Assembly: GCA_944388035.1 (NCBI GenBank)
Contig: CALXHF010000001.1
Span: forward strand, 17,593 to 81,592
Length of the DNA: 64,000 bases
Direction: 5' to 3'
DNA from: an uncultured Clostridia bacterium
Lineage (GTDB): Bacteria; Bacillota; Clostridia; TANB77; CAG-508
Both the position numbers and the translations under genes were made by a program. Shown here piece by piece: positions 30,714 to 43,545 of this stretch (position 1 is its first letter; the number at the start of each line of letters is the position of its first letter). The notes under the pieces are model-generated. The model saw only the letters and a list, made by a program, of their open reading frames with translations, was not told the DNA's origin and ran no database searches.

Positions 30714-32001
30714 TTGATTGGAATTATAATAACTATTATAAAAATCGTAATATTACTTGGCTTTTTAATATTAATACACGAATTAGGCCATTTCCTAGTT
30801 GCAAAATTATGCAAAGTAAAAGTAAATGAATTTGCAATAGGTTTTGGTCCTACAATATTAAAAAAACAAGGAAAAGAAACTAAATATGCGTTAAGACTAA
30901 TACCACTTCGGTGGTTTTGTTAGTATGGAAGGAGAAGAAGAGCGATCTAATAATGAAGGATCTTTCTCAAAAGCGAGTATTCCAAAAAGAATAGCAATCG
31001 TGGCAGCAGGAGCAATAGTTAATATTATATTTGCTGTAATCGTTTACTTTATTTTAATATCAACATCAGGAACATATTTATCAAATGAAGTAGATAGCCT
31101 AGTAGATGGCTTTTCAGCACAAACTTCTGGAATTCAGCCAGGAGATAAAATTATAGAAATAAATGGAGAAAAAATAAATAATAAATATGATTTAGATGAA
31201 GAAATGAATAAAGTAAATAGCAAAGAAATAAGTGTTAAAATAGATAGAAACGGTGAAATTATAGATTTAATGGTAGAACCAACTGAAGTAAAGTCGAAAG
31301 TTACAGGTATATATTTAGATGAACAAGCAAAAATAATAACAATGGATAAGGAAAGTCCTGCAGAAGAAGCAGGTATTGAAAATAATGATATAATTCTTAA
31401 AATTAATGGAGAAGATGTAAATGGTAGTAGAGAAAAAGCAATAGAGATTTTAAATAAAAACGATGAAAATATTGATAACGAACAAGGAAATGAAGAGAAT
31501 AATAAACCAATAGAATTTGTCCTAAAAAGGGATAATGCCGAAGTTACAGTTAATTTAGTACCAGATACAATTTCTACTTATTATCTAGGTGTTAATATGA
31601 AATATGCAGAAGATACTTTTTTTAATAGATGTATTAATGGAGCAATTGAGACAAAGAATTTTGTATTTTCAATGTTTGATAGTTTAAAACAATTATTTAC
31701 AGGAGATGTTGGAATAGACCAAATGATGGGACCTGTTGGTATTTCAGAAGTAGTTGCTAAAACAAATGGTATAAGAGAATTTTTTGAAATGATGGCTTTA
31801 ATATCACTTTCACTTGGAGTTACAAACCTTTTACCAATACCAGCATTAGACGGTGGAAAGATTTTAATTTTAATAATAGAAGCAATAAGAAGAAAACCTC
31901 TAAAACAGGAAACAGAAATAAATATACAACTTTTAGGTTTTGCTATTTTAATTGGAATATTTTTACTTGTTACTTATAATGATATATTAAGAATTTTTTG
32001 A
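30714..32001 (+). CDS. rseP: RIP metalloprotease RseP (site-2 protease, PDZ), read through an extra C at 30909 (CTT-C-GGT)
   Basis: N-terminal [10 protein letters not shown] in one frame, PDZ and C-terminal LDGG in the next. Skipping the C restores ...[18 protein letters not shown].... TTG start at 30714. Confidence 0.7.
30909..30909 (+). other. Extra sense-strand C site (CTT-C-GGT) in rseP
   Basis: See that feature. Confidence 0.6.
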
Positions 32002-32071
32002 GACAAAATGGGGACGGGGCATTTTTGTCTCATTTTTTATGAGAAAAAAATGCCCCGTCCCTAAAATTCTC
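32000..32071. repeat. REP-like palindromic element copy B (GGGGACGGGGC / GCCCCGTCCC), exactly filling the gap between convergent rseP and tyrS stops
   Basis: gagacaaaatggggacggggcatttttgtctc, then attttttat, then gagaaaaaaatgccccgtccctaaaattctc. It overlaps the rseP TGA. Likely bidirectional terminator. Confidence 0.7.
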
Positions 32072-32074
32072 ATA

Positions 32075-33286
32075 TTAAATTAATTTATAAAATACTTTTT
32101 TTCCTTTTTTTAGAATCGCATAATCATTTGCAAAGTCTTTTTCTGAAAGGGTATAATTTGTATCTGTTATTTTTTCATCATTTAATGTAATTCCACCTTG
32201 TGTAATTAATGTTCTTGCTTGTCCTTTGGAAGGAGCTATATTACACTTTATTATTGCATCTAAGATTGATATGTTTTTATCATCTAATGTAACAGTTGGC
32301 ATATTATCAAGGCTTCCTTTGCCACTAAATAATGCATTTGATGCTTCTTCAGCTTTTTTTGCTTCTTCTTCTCCGTGAATTAATTTTGTAATTTCAAATG
32401 CTAATATTTTTTTTGCATCATTTATTTTTTCATCTTTATAACTTGCAAGTTCTGCTATTTTTTCATCTGGTAAGAAAGTAAGCATTTGTAAAACAATTTG
32501 TACACTTTCATCTTCAACATTTCTCCAGTATTGGTAAAATTCATATGGAGAAGTTTTATTTGGGTCAAGCCATAAAGCACCTTTTTCAGTTTTTCCCATT
32601 TTTTTACCTTCTTTAGTTGTAAGAAGTCTAAATGTTAAACCAAAAGAATCGTCTTTACCAATTTTTCTAATTAAATCAACTCCACCAATTATATTAGACC
32701 ATTGGTCATTTCCACCCATTTCTAATTTACAACCATATTTGTTATATAAGTACCAAAAATCATAAGATTGCATAAGCATATAGCTCATTTCAAAAAATGT
32801 AAGACCAGTTTCTAATCTTTGCTTGTAACATTCAGCAGCAAGCATCTTATTTACTGAAAATAGACTTCCGATTTCTCTTACAAAATCAACAAATTTTAAA
32901 TCTAAAAGCCAATCAGCATTGTTTACTATTATTGCTGCATTTTCACCTTCAAAACTTACAAATTTTTCAACTTGTTTTTTTATACAAGCAACATTATGGT
33001 CAATTTCTTCACGAGAAAGCATTTTTCTCATATCTGTTTTACCGGAAGGATCACCAATAGTTGCTGTACCACCACCAACTAAAATAATTGGTCTATGTCC
33101 TGATTTTTGCATATGAGATGCAACCATAAGTGAAACAAAATGACCAACGTGTAAACTGTCTGCTGTTGGGTCTATACCAATATAAAAAGAAATTTTTTCT
33201 TTTCCTAAAAGTTCTTTTAATTCTTGAGGGTGTGTAATTTGTTCTATGTAATTTCTTTTGTTTAGTATATCAATAACATTTTCCAT
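32075..33286 (-). CDS. tyrS: Tyrosine-tRNA ligase
   Basis: Class I HIGH-type motif ([13 protein letters not shown]), a KMSKS-type motif (KFGKTE-like KMGKTEKG) and a C-terminal S4 domain. Confidence 0.9.
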   Translation of the reverse strand: MENVIDILNKRNYIEQITHPQELKELLGKEKISFYIGIDPTADSLHVGHFVSLMVASHMQKSGHRPIILVGGGTATIGDPSGKTDMRKMLSREEIDHNVACIKKQVEKFVSFEGENAAIIVNNADWLLDLKFVDFVREIGSLFSVNKMLAAECYKQRLETGLTFFEMSYMLMQSYDFWYLYNKYGCKLEMGGNDQWSNIIGGVDLIRKIGKDDSFGLTFRLLTTKEGKKMGKTEKGALWLDPNKTSPYEFYQYWRNVEDESVQIVLQMLTFLPDEKIAELASYKDEKINDAKKILAFEITKLIHGEEEAKKAEEASNALFSGKGSLDNMPTVTLDDKNISILDAIIKCNIAPSKGQARTLITQGGITLNDEKITDTNYTLSEKDFANDYAILKKGKKVFYKLI

Positions 33287-33305
33287 TTAAAAAATCTATC
33301 CTTTC

Positions 33306-33593
33306 TTAATTTAGTGTAATTCCGTTAAAACCAGAGTTTTGGTTTTGTAAAAGTCCTTCTTTAAATTCTTTTTTATAATTTTTAAATTCAGGGTATTCAA
33401 CAAAACGGTTTAAGTTTTTAATAGAAATTCCTGTTATATTTGAAATTGTATCTAAAGAGTTATCAAAACCATTTTCTTCTAAATAAGATGTAAATTGCAT
33501 AAATTCAGCTCCATCTTTTTTAGAACATCTTGGGCAAACATTTCCTTCAGATACATAAAAACTACCACATCTACTACATCTGTTAAATTCCAT
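33306..33593 (-). CDS. Small zinc-ribbon protein (CxxC...CxxC)
   Basis: N-terminus MEFNRCSRCGSFYVSEGNVCPRCSKK. Confidence 0.4.
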   Translation of the reverse strand: MEFNRCSRCGSFYVSEGNVCPRCSKKDGAEFMQFTSYLEENGFDNSLDTISNITGISIKNLNRFVEYPEFKNYKKEFKEGLLQNQNSGFNGITLN

Positions 33594-33672
33594 TATAAAA
33601 GTCCTCCTTAAATCTTATCTTTTGACAAATTGTTTTTAAATTTACTACATTGTACCATAAAAATTGGTAAAT

Positions 33673-34095
33673 TTAAAGACTTTTTTCTTTTAAATTGTTA
33701 AATTTTTCATAAAAATTTGGGTTTGCTTTTTGAAGTCTTAATGGTCTTAAATTTTTATCTGTAAAACAATGCTTAGTTTCTCCTGTAAAAACAACTTCAC
33801 TACTATTTTTTTTAGTTGCAATATAACTCATAGTAAGTCTTACACCATTAAATTCTTTAACAAATAATTTAATTGAAATAGTATCGTCAAAAGTTACATG
33901 ATGTTTAAAATCACAATTAACACCAAGTACAGGAATCATAATACTGTTTTCTTCAAAAGCAGAATATGGCATACCTACTTTTTCTAAAAGATAACATCTT
34001 GCTTCTTCCATAAAACGAATATAATTTGAGTGATGTACAATTCCCATTCTATCTGTTTCATAATAATTTATTTTTCTTTCAAAAATATTTTCCAT
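33673..34095 (-). CDS. Acyl-CoA thioesterase (4HBT / YbgC-like hotdog fold)
   Basis: N-terminal motif YYETDRMGIVHHSNYIRFMEEAR. Confidence 0.6.
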   Translation of the reverse strand: MENIFERKINYYETDRMGIVHHSNYIRFMEEARCYLLEKVGMPYSAFEENSIMIPVLGVNCDFKHHVTFDDTISIKLFVKEFNGVRLTMSYIATKKNSSEVVFTGETKHCFTDKNLRPLRLQKANPNFYEKFNNLKEKSL

Positions 34096-34271
34096 ATTAT
34101 CAAGTCCTTTCAGAGAAAAATTATAGATGAAAAACGTTAATATGTCAAATGGTTAAAGGTGAAAGTTAGGATAAAGATAAAAGAACTTTATTTTTTTTTG
34201 TGTTTGTGATAGAATAAGCAAAAATAATATTTAATAAGTCAATAAAAGTAATTTAAGTGTAGGAGAAAATA

Positions 34272-35715
34272 ATGAAAAAAATAAATGGAATAATAATGCA
34301 ATATTTTGAGTGGTATATGAATTGTAATCAAAACTTGTGGAATGATATAGCAAAAAATGCATCTGAATTAGCAGATATGGGAATAACAGCATTATGGCTT
34401 CCACCAGCATATAAAGGAATAGGCGGAAAAGATGAAGTAGGCTATGGTGTTTATGATGTGTATGATTTAGGAGAATTTAACCAAAAAGGAACAATAAAAA
34501 CAAAATATGGGTCAAAAGACGAATATTTAAATTGTATACAAGTATTAAATCAAGCTGGAATAGAAGCATATGCAGATATAGTATTAAACCATAAAATGGG
34601 AGCAGATATGCTTCAGACAATACCGGCAAATAAAGTAGAATGGGGAAATCATAATGTAGAAGAGCCTAAAGAAGAAACAGTAAGAGTAGCAACAAAATTT
34701 ACATTTCCTGGAAGAAAACATAAATATTCAGACTTTGAGTGGAATTGGACACATTTTGATGGAATAGACTATGATGAAAGATCAAAAGAACACGCAATTT
34801 TTAAATTCAAAGATAAAGACTGGAGTATAGCAGTAGATGAAGAATTCGGAAACTATGATTATTTAATGGGAGCAGATTTAGACTTTAAAAACCCAGAGGT
34901 AGTAGAAGAGTGTAATAAATGGGGAAAATGGTATCTGGAAGAAACAAAAGTTAATGGCTTTAGACTAGATGCGGTAAAACATATAAATGCTCTATTTTAC
35001 AGAGACTGGATACGTAATTTAAGAAAAGAAACAGGAGATGGTTTATTCACAGTAGGAGAATATTGGAGTCGGAGATGTATCAAAATTACATAGATATATA
35101 ACAGAAACAGAAGGAGAAATATCATTATTTGATGTGCCATTACACTATAATTTCTATAATGCATCAAAAGATCCAAATTATGATTTAAGTAAAATATTAG
35201 AACATACATTATTAAAAGAAAACTCAAGTAAAGCAGTAACATTTGTAGATAATCACGACACACAACCAGGACAAAGTTTAGAGAGCTTTATAGATCCGTG
35301 GTTTAAACAAGCAGCATATAGCATAATTTTATTAAGGCAAGAAGGATATCCTTGTGTGTTTTATGGTGATTTTTATGGAATACCGCATAATAAAATAGAA
35401 CCAATGAAAGACTTAAAAATATTAATTGAACTAAGAAAAGAAAAAGCATATGGAGAAGAACACGATTATTTTGATAATAAAAATTTTATAGGTTTTACAA
35501 GAGAAGGAGACGAAGAGCATTTACAGTCAGGACTAGCAGTAGTAATATCAAATGCAGGAGATGGAGAAAAGAAAATGTATATAGGAAAGCAATATGCAGG
35601 AGAAAAATACATAGATAGTTTAGGAAATTGTAATGATGAAATAATAATAGATAACGAAGGATATGGAATATTTAAAGTAAAAGGAAAATCAACCTCAGTT
35701 TGGGTTGAAGGATAG
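34272..35715 (+). CDS. Cytoplasmic alpha-amylase (GH13), read through an extra C at 35070 (AGT-C-GGA)
   Basis: N-terminus MQYFEWY...GITALWLPPAYKG. Catalytic regions GFRLDAVKHI and EYWSGDVSKL are recovered only when the C is skipped. The C-terminal half continues in the next frame (FVDNHDTQPGQ). Confidence 0.7.
35070..35070 (+). other. Extra sense-strand C site (AGT-C-GGA) in the amylase gene
   Basis: See that feature. Confidence 0.6.
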
Positions 35716-35772
35716 GGATGTTTCATTTTGTGGCATAAATGTCACTAAAAAATGTTATCGAAAGGAGAAAAT

Positions 35773-38700
35773 ATGTCAAAGTTTGTGCATTTACATATAC
35801 ATAGTGAATATAGTTTATTAGATGGAGCAAATAGAATAAAAGATTTACCGGTAAGGGCAAAAGAATTAGGTATGGATGCTATGGCAATTACAGACCACGG
35901 TGTTATGTATGGAGCCATTGATTTTTATAAGGCTTGTAAAAAAGAAGGAATAAAACCAATAATTGGTTGTGAAGTTTATGTTGCACCTAGAAGTCGTTTT
36001 GATAAAGAACCTAATATTGATAATAAATATAACCATCTAATTTTGCTTGCCAAAAATAACCAAGGTTATAAAAATTTAAGCAAATTAGTTTCTTTAGGTT
36101 TTACAGAAGGATATTATTATAAACCTCGTATAGATTTAGAAATTTTAGAAAAATATAGTGAAGGTTTAATATGTTTAAGTGCTTGTTTAGCGGGAAGTGT
36201 AAACCAAGCTCTTTTAAACGGTAACAATGAAAAAGCAGAAGAAATTGCTCTATGGCACAAAAGAGTTTTTGGAGAGGACTATTATATAGAAATTCAAAAC
36301 AATGGAATTAAAGAACAAGTGCTAGCTAATCAAAAACTAGTTGCACTTGCAAGAAAATTAGATATACCACTTGTTGCAACTAATGATGCTCATTATTTAA
36401 AAAAAGAGGATAGCTATAACCATGAAGTTCTACTTTGTATACAAACAGGCAAAAGAACGAGCGATGTAGATAGAATGAGGTTTGATACAGATGAGTTATA
36501 TGTAAAATCTCCAGAAGAAATGATAGAATATTTTAAAGCATTTCCAGACGCAATTGAAAATACGGTTAAAATTGCTGAAAAATGTAATGTTGAATTTGAA
36601 TTTGGACATACAATACTTCCTAATTACGATGTACCAGAAGAATTTCCAACACATTTTGATTTCTTTAAAAAGTTGTGTGATGACGGAATTAAAAAAAGAT
36701 ATGGTGAAAATCCAAGTAAAGAGATATTAGATAGAGCAGAATATGAAATTAGTGTAATTAAGAAGATGGGATATGTAGATTATTTCTTAATTGTATGGGA
36801 CTTTATCCATTTTGCAAAAACTAATGGAATATCAGTAGGACCAGGTCGTGGTTCTGGTGCTGGTTCTATTATTGCATATGCAATTGAAATTACAGATATT
36901 GATCCTATGAAATATGATTTACTTTTTGAAAGATTTTTAAACCCTGAAAGAATTAGTATGCCAGATTTTGACGTAGACTTTAGTGATACACATAGACAAG
37001 AAGTAATTGATTATGTATCAGAAAAATATGGACACGACCACGTATCACAAATTATTACTTTTGGAACAATGGCTGCAAAAATGGTTATTAGAGATGTTGC
37101 AAGAGTTCTAGATGTTCCATATTCAGAAGCTGATACTTTAGCTAAAATGATACCAAATGAATTACATATAACAATTAAAAAAGCACTAGAACAAAATAAA
37201 GAATTACGTGATATATATGAATCAGATGAAACAGTAAAAAAAGTATTAGATGTTGCGATGGGACTTGAGGGTATGCCAAGGCAGGCATCTACTCATGCAT
37301 GCCGGAGTTGTTATTACAAAAGACCCAGTAGACACTTATGTTCCACTTTATGTCCGTGATGGGCAAATTTCTACACAATATATAATGACAACATTAGAAG
37401 AATTAGGTCTTTTGAAAATGGACTTTTTAGGATTAAGAACTCTAACTGTTATACAAGATACAATGGAAATGGTAAAAAAAGATAGAGGAATAGATGTAGA
37501 GTTTGATAAAGAAATGTCAGACCCAAAAGTATATAAATTATGGCAAGAGGGGAAAACTTGTGGAATATTCCAATTTGAGTCTCAAGGTATGACAAACTTT
37601 ATGAAAGAATTAAAACCAGACTGTTTGGAAGATTTAATAGCAGGTGTATCTCTATATAGACCAGGACCTATGGATCAAATACCAAGATATATAAAGGGTA
37701 AAAGACATCCAGGACATAATGAGTATACACACCCAAGTCTAGAACCAATTTTAAATGTTACTTATGGATGTATGGTTTACCAAGAGCAAGTTATGCAAAT
37801 AGTAAGAGATTTAGCAGGATATTCTTTGGGAAGAGCTGATTTAGTAAGACGTGCTATGGGTAAGAAAAAACTTGATGTTATGGCAAAAGAAAGAGAAATT
37901 TTTATTAATGGACAAGTAGATGAAAATGGAAATGTAGTGGTACCAGGTTGTGTAAGAAATGGAATAGATGAAGTTTCAGCAAATAAAATATTTGATGAAA
38001 TGGCTGAGTTTGCAAAATATGCATTTAATAAAAGCCATGCTGCTTGTTATGCAGTAGTAGCGTATAGAACAGCTTATTTAAAAGCATATTACCCAGCAGA
38101 ATTTATGGCAGCTACACTAAATAGTTATTTAGGAAATTTAGATAAGATACCACAATATATTGATGAGTGTAAAGAACTTGGAATTCAAATTTTAAAACCT
38201 GAAATTAATAAAAGTTATGAAAAATTTACAGTTGAAAATGGTAAAATACGTTTTGGACTTGGAAGTATTAAAAATGTTGGAACAAAACCTGTAGGAAATA
38301 TCGTAGAAGAAAGAAAAGAAAACGGGGAGTTTAAAAGTTTTACAGATTTTTGTGAAAGAATTGCTGAAAAAGAAGTTAATAAAAAATGTATAGAAAGTCT
38401 TATAAAATCTGGAGCATTTGATGAATTTGAACAAACACGAAGTACACTTTTAGCATCTTTTGAAGGAATAATAGATATAATACAAAGTGAGAAGAAAAAA
38501 GGACTATCAGGTCAAGTTAGTATGTTTGATTTAGGAACAGAAGAAGAAAAAGAAGAATTAAACGAGAAAAAATATACTTTTGAAGAACATAATGAGCTTC
38601 CAGAAAAAGAACTATTATCATTAGAAAAAGAAATGCTTGGAATTTATATATCAGGACATCCGTTAGAAAAATTAAGAGAACAAATAGAAAAACAAACAAA

Positions 38701-39278
38701 TATAAATACTATTGATTTAAAAGAGCTAGATGAACAAATGCAAACAAATGGTGATGATGAAGCTTTAGAATTAATAAAACAAAATACAAAACCAAAATTC
38801 CAAGATGGTCAAAATGTAAAATATGCAGGTATAATTACTTCTATAAAAAAGAAATACACTAAAAATAATAAAATAATGGCATTTGTAACAATTGAAGATT
38901 TATATGGTACAGCAGAAGTCATTGTATTTGAAAATGCATATTTAAAAGCAGGGAAAAGTTTAGTAGAAGAAAATATTGTTTTAGTAGACCGGTAGATTAA
39001 GTATTAGAGAAGATGATACGACAACTATTATTGCAAATGAGATTAAAGATTTTGGAGAACAAAAACAAAGAATATTAACTTTGGATATAACTAATTTAGA
39101 CGAATCACATAAAGACAAATTACGTGGAGCAATATGTTATTTTAATGGTGATAAAAATAATATAAATGTTCAGGTAAAAGTTGGAGAGGAATTAAAACCT
39201 TGTGGGCAGATGTATTTAACTGAAGATATATTAAATTTCTTTAAAAATTTAATAGGAGCAGAAAATGTTAAAGTTTAA
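35773..39278 (+). CDS. dnaE: DNA polymerase III alpha subunit DnaE, read through two extra bases (37303 in ...CATGCATGC-C-GGA; 38990 in GAC-C-GGT)
   Basis: PHP domain (MSKFVHLHIHSEYSLLDGA). The polymerase core and OB fold span three frames. Skipping the two bases joins them into a ~1167-aa DnaE. For site 1 the inserted base could alternatively be T37300 (HAAGVV versus HACGVV). Confidence 0.75.
37303..37303 (+). other. Extra base site 1 in dnaE (TGC-C-GGA; alternatively T37300)
   Basis: See that feature. Confidence 0.5.
38990..38990 (+). other. Extra sense-strand C site 2 in dnaE (GAC-C-GGT)
   Basis: See that feature. Confidence 0.6.
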
Positions 39279-39454
39279 AAGTTGCACAACAAAACTACTA
39301 AAAATTGCACAATAAAATGCTTAAAAAGTGTATATTAAAATCATTAAAAAATGTATATTGGCAAAAAGGACCTAATTTTTTAGGTCTTTTAGTATTTTTC
39401 TTGACATTTTCTATAGCTATTGATAATATATAATTACTAAATTGGGAGGAAAAA

Positions 39455-39961
39455 ATGTTAATATATCCAAAGGAATATTTTAATAAAATAGAAGAAATAA
39501 CAATAGAATATTTACAAAAACATAAAATAAAAGCATTAATATTAGATATGGATAATACATTAATAAACTATAAAAAAGAAATGCCAGAAAGAATAGAAAT
39601 GTGGGCAAAAGAATTACTTGGGCAAGGAGTAAAATTAATAATAGTATCTAATAGTAATAGAAAAGAGAAATTAGAAAAAATATCCAAAGTTTTAGGAATA
39701 AAATACATTATATTTGCTAAAAAACCATTAAAAAGTGGACTTATGAAAGCTAAAAAAATATTAAATGAAAATGTAGAAAATATAGCAGTTGTAGGAGACC
39801 AAATATTTACAGATGTAATTGGTGGAAACAGATGTAAAATGTATACAATACTAGTAGATGAAATAGAAGAAAAAGACTTTTGGTATACAGCTTGGAAAAG
39901 ACCATTAGAAAGAAAAATAAAAGAAAAAATTAAAAGTAAAAACAAAGGAGAAGGAAAATAA
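39455..39961 (+). CDS. yqeG: HAD-superfamily phosphatase, YqeG family
   Basis: Motifs ALILDMDNTL and GDQIFTDV. Confidence 0.6.
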   Translation: MLIYPKEYFNKIEEITIEYLQKHKIKALILDMDNTLINYKKEMPERIEMWAKELLGQGVKLIIVSNSNRKEKLEKISKVLGIKYIIFAKKPLKSGLMKAKKILNENVENIAVVGDQIFTDVIGGNRCKMYTILVDEIEEKDFWYTAWKRPLERKIKEKIKSKNKGEGK

Positions 39962-39962
39962 G

Positions 39963-40716
39963 ATGTATATAAATGATGTACATATTGCTTATTATATAGT
40001 AGCAGCAATATTTGGACTATTTGTTGGGGAATTAGTCAATTGGGCAAATAAAAGACTTCCAGAATATAAAAAAGTATTTTCAAAAGATTTTTTTATAGAA
40101 AAAAGATTTGAATTTAAACCAAATTATATATTAATGATATTAACAGCGATTATATATGTAACACTAATATATGTATTTGGAATAAAAGAAACCCTAATTG
40201 CAAATTTAGATTTAATAAAATATATGGTATTAGCACCAATGTTATTATCAGTATTTGTAATAGATTATAAATTACAAATAATACCAAATAGGCTAAACTT
40301 AAGCTTATTTGAAATAGGAATTATATTTGCTTTCCTTTATGGCTTGTCAGACGTAGCAATAACAATAAATATGTTACTTGGAATGCTTGCAGGAGGCGGT
40401 ATCTTCCTACTAATAACCTTAGTTGGAGGAATATTTTATGGAAAAGAAGCAATGGGTTTTGGAGACGTAAAATTAATGGGAGCACTTCGGACTATATTTT
40501 GGACTATCAAATATAATTGCCATTACATTATTATCTTTTTTAATAGGAGCAATTTTAAGCATAATATTATTACTAACAAAAATTAAAAAATCAAATGAAT
40601 ATATACCATTTGGACCTTTTATAGTAATAGGAACATTTATCAGTATATATATTCCATTTGAACAGATAAAAAATGTATTATTACAAATATTTACACTAGG
40701 TATGTTTAACAAATAA
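39963..40716 (+). CDS. Prepilin peptidase (A24 family), read through an extra C at 40488 (CTT-C-GGA)
   Basis: Multi-TM with GFGDVKLMGAL. Skipping the C continues GLYFGLSNIIAITLLSFLIGAILS...GPFIVIGTF to TAA at 40714-40716. No pilus assembly genes are adjacent. Confidence 0.55.
40488..40488 (+). other. Extra sense-strand C site (CTT-C-GGA) in the prepilin peptidase gene
   Basis: See that feature. Confidence 0.55.
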
Positions 40717-40754
40717 TGGACGTTAAAATATAGAAAATTTAGGAGATGATTTTT

Positions 40755-41814
40755 ATGAACTCTAAATTACAATGGCTAAGAAATACAATGCAAAGTTTAG
40801 ATATGCAAGGGCTAATAATATCAAACCCAGTAAATATAAAATATTTAACAGGAATAGATGCAGAAGGAACTTTGCTTTTAACAAGAAAAGATAATATATT
40901 TATAACAGATGGAAGATATATAGAACACGTACATAGTATATTAACACTATATGATGAAATAATAGTATATAATATAAATGATGTATCAAGTGATGATTAT
41001 GAAAATTTCTTTATGTTTTGTGAAAATGTAGGTTTTGAAGAATATTTTGTATCATATGCAGAATATAAAGAATTGATTAGAAAATATAAAATTAATAATT
41101 TAGTAGAAACAGAGCATATAATAGAAAGACAAAGAATGATAAAAGATAAAGAAGAAATATCAAATATAGAAAAGGCGTGTGAAATAACTGATAATTGTTT
41201 TAGTTATTTACTTACATACATAAAGCCAGGTATGACAGAAAAACAAATAGCAGAAGAAATAGAAGAATATTTTAAAGAAAGAACAGATGGTTTAGCTTTT
41301 GAAACAATAGTTGCATCTGGAGAAAATACATCGATGCCACATGCTATCCCGACAAACAGAAAAATAGAAGAACAAGATATAATAACAATAGATATGGGAT
41401 GCAAAGTTAATCGGATATTGTTCAGATATGACAAGAACATTTTTTGTAGGAAGTGTGCCAGACTATGTAAAACCAGTATATGATTTAGTATTAAAAAATC
41501 AGAAACAAACATTAGAAGAAATGAAAGATGGAGAAAGTACAAGATTACTTACGAAAATGGTAGAAAATGATTTTAAATTAAATGGATATGATTTAATACA
41601 CGCATTAGGACACGGAGTAGGTATGGAAATACACGAAGCACCATATATTAATTATAAAACAGATACACAATTAAAAGAAAATATGGTAGTAAGTAATGAA
41701 CCAGGAATATATATAGCAGGAAAATTTGGAGTAAGAATAGAAGATACTGTTCAAATAACAAAATTTGGTTGTATAAGTTTAACAAAATCTGAGAAAAATT
41801 ATATTATAATATAA
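40755..41814 (+). CDS. pepP: Xaa-Pro aminopeptidase (M24B), read through an extra C at 41412 (AAT-C-GGA)
   Basis: N-terminal creatinase-like domain in one frame. The pita-bread catalytic domain (HGVGMEIHEAP, NEPGIY, GVRIEDTV) is in the next. Skipping the C restores IDMGCKVNGYCSDMTRTFFVG. Confidence 0.65.
41412..41412 (+). other. Extra sense-strand C site (AAT-C-GGA) in pepP
   Basis: See that feature. Confidence 0.6.
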
Positions 41815-41904
41815 AAAATGTTAGTATTGATTTTTCTTGAGAATTGTAGTAAAATATGTAAAGTAAAAAAAGAGTAAATTTTGAAATTGAAAGGAGAAAT
41901 AATT

Positions 41905-42471
41905 ATGGCAGCAGTATATTCAGCAGGAGATTTTAGAAATGGAACTACATTTGAAATGGAAGGAAATGTATATAGAGTTGTAGAATTCCAACACGTAAAA
42001 CCAGGAAAGGGGTCAGCTTTTGTTAGAACAAAAATAAAAAATGTAATAACAGGAGCAACATTAGAAAAAACATTTAACCCATCTGATAAATTCCCAGCAG
42101 CAGAAATTGAGAAAAAAGCAATGCAATATTTATATAATGATGGAGGTTTGTATTATTTTATGGATAATACAACATATGATCAAATACCATTAAATGAAGA
42201 TCAATTAGGTGATTGCTTAAAATATTTAAAAGAAAATATGGAAGTAACAATGCTTTCATATAAAGGAAATGTATTTGCAGTAGAACCACCAACATTTGTA
42301 GAATTAGAAGTTACATATACAGAACCAGGATTTAGTGGAAATACTACAACTACATCAGGTAAACCTGCAAAATTAGAAACAGGTTTAGAAATACAAGTTC
42401 CATTATTCGTAAATATAGGAGATGTTCTTAAAATAGATACAAGAACAGGAGAATATATGGAAAGAGTTTAA
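41905..42471 (+). CDS. efp: Elongation factor P
   Basis: N-terminus [47 protein letters not shown] is the canonical EF-P. Confidence 0.9.
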   Translation: MAAVYSAGDFRNGTTFEMEGNVYRVVEFQHVKPGKGSAFVRTKIKNVITGATLEKTFNPSDKFPAAEIEKKAMQYLYNDGGLYYFMDNTTYDQIPLNEDQLGDCLKYLKENMEVTMLSYKGNVFAVEPPTFVELEVTYTEPGFSGNTTTTSGKPAKLETGLEIQVPLFVNIGDVLKIDTRTGEYMERV

Positions 42472-42484
42472 GAAAGGAGACTAA

Positions 42485-42943
42485 ATGGGTACAATTAAGA
42501 CAGAATATAAAAACTTTTTAGACGATATTGAAAAAAATATAAAAGATAAGGAAGATTTAGAATATATAAAAAAGAGATTTGCAAGTTTTGTAGATGTTAT
42601 GTTAGATCAAATAGACTATATATTAGACTATAAAAAAGATGAAATAAGCAAATTAGAAGAAACACAAAAAGAATTAGAAACTAATATGAAAAAAATACAA
42701 CAAGTAGTTAATAATATAGAAAGAGACATCTATGATGATGACTTTGATTTTGAAATAATTTGTCCTTATTGTAATTATGAATTTTTTATAGATGTAGACG
42801 AAAATAAAACAGAAATAGAATGTCCTGAGTGTGGAAATATGATAGAATTAGATTGGTCAGGAGATGTAGAAGACGACCAAAATAATTGTAATGGAAATTG
42901 CAAAGGATGTTCTGGATGCGAAGATGAAGATGACGATATGTAG
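42485..42943 (+). CDS. Hypothetical zinc-ribbon / coiled-coil protein with an acidic Cys-rich tail
   Basis: CPYCN...CPECG ribbon. C-terminus NCNGNCKGCSGCEDEDDDM. Confidence 0.4.
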   Translation: MGTIKTEYKNFLDDIEKNIKDKEDLEYIKKRFASFVDVMLDQIDYILDYKKDEISKLEETQKELETNMKKIQQVVNNIERDIYDDDFDFEIICPYCNYEFFIDVDENKTEIECPECGNMIELDWSGDVEDDQNNCNGNCKGCSGCEDEDDDM

Positions 42944-43545
42944 AAAGCCACAAAGGTGCTTTCTATTTTTTTCTTATTTTAAAGTTGCAATAGTTGCTAA
43001 AGTATCTCCAAGTTGTGTGAAAAATACAGAAAGAATAGCAATTTCATCAGAAGATTTATCCTTAGAAATATTACAAGCAAGAAAAGATACAAAACTAACA
43101 AAAGAACAATAGTCCATAGAAAACACCTCTATAATATATTATTAAAAAACAAATTATTAGTGAGGATAAATATTTTAAAATAAAACAACAAATACTATTA
43201 TAAGGTGAATTGCTTTGAAAAAAAGAGAAATAATAGAGAAATGGAAACAAGGACTTAGTAAAGAAACTTTAGCAAAAATGTACAGAAGAGAATATAACCA
43301 AGGAATTAAAATTATAAGATTAAGTTTAGAAAATAGACATAAGGGAAGATTTATTACAAATTATGAGGCACTTTCTTATGTGGAAAAAATAATATATATG
43401 TATATAAAGAATAAAAAATAATATTTGTGAAGTTAATATTCTTTGTTTTACTTACTTGTAAAATTTAGGAAAATATAGTATAATACCCAAAGAAAACGAA
43501 TAAATTTTGATAAAAAAGAAGATGAAAAATAAGGGAGTTTTTATT

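Noticed and set aside
42891-43112. A 73-aa ORF overlapping the 3' end of ORF 42485
   Set aside because: It overlaps the end of ORF 42485 out of frame, extends into the intergenic region, and has no RBS.
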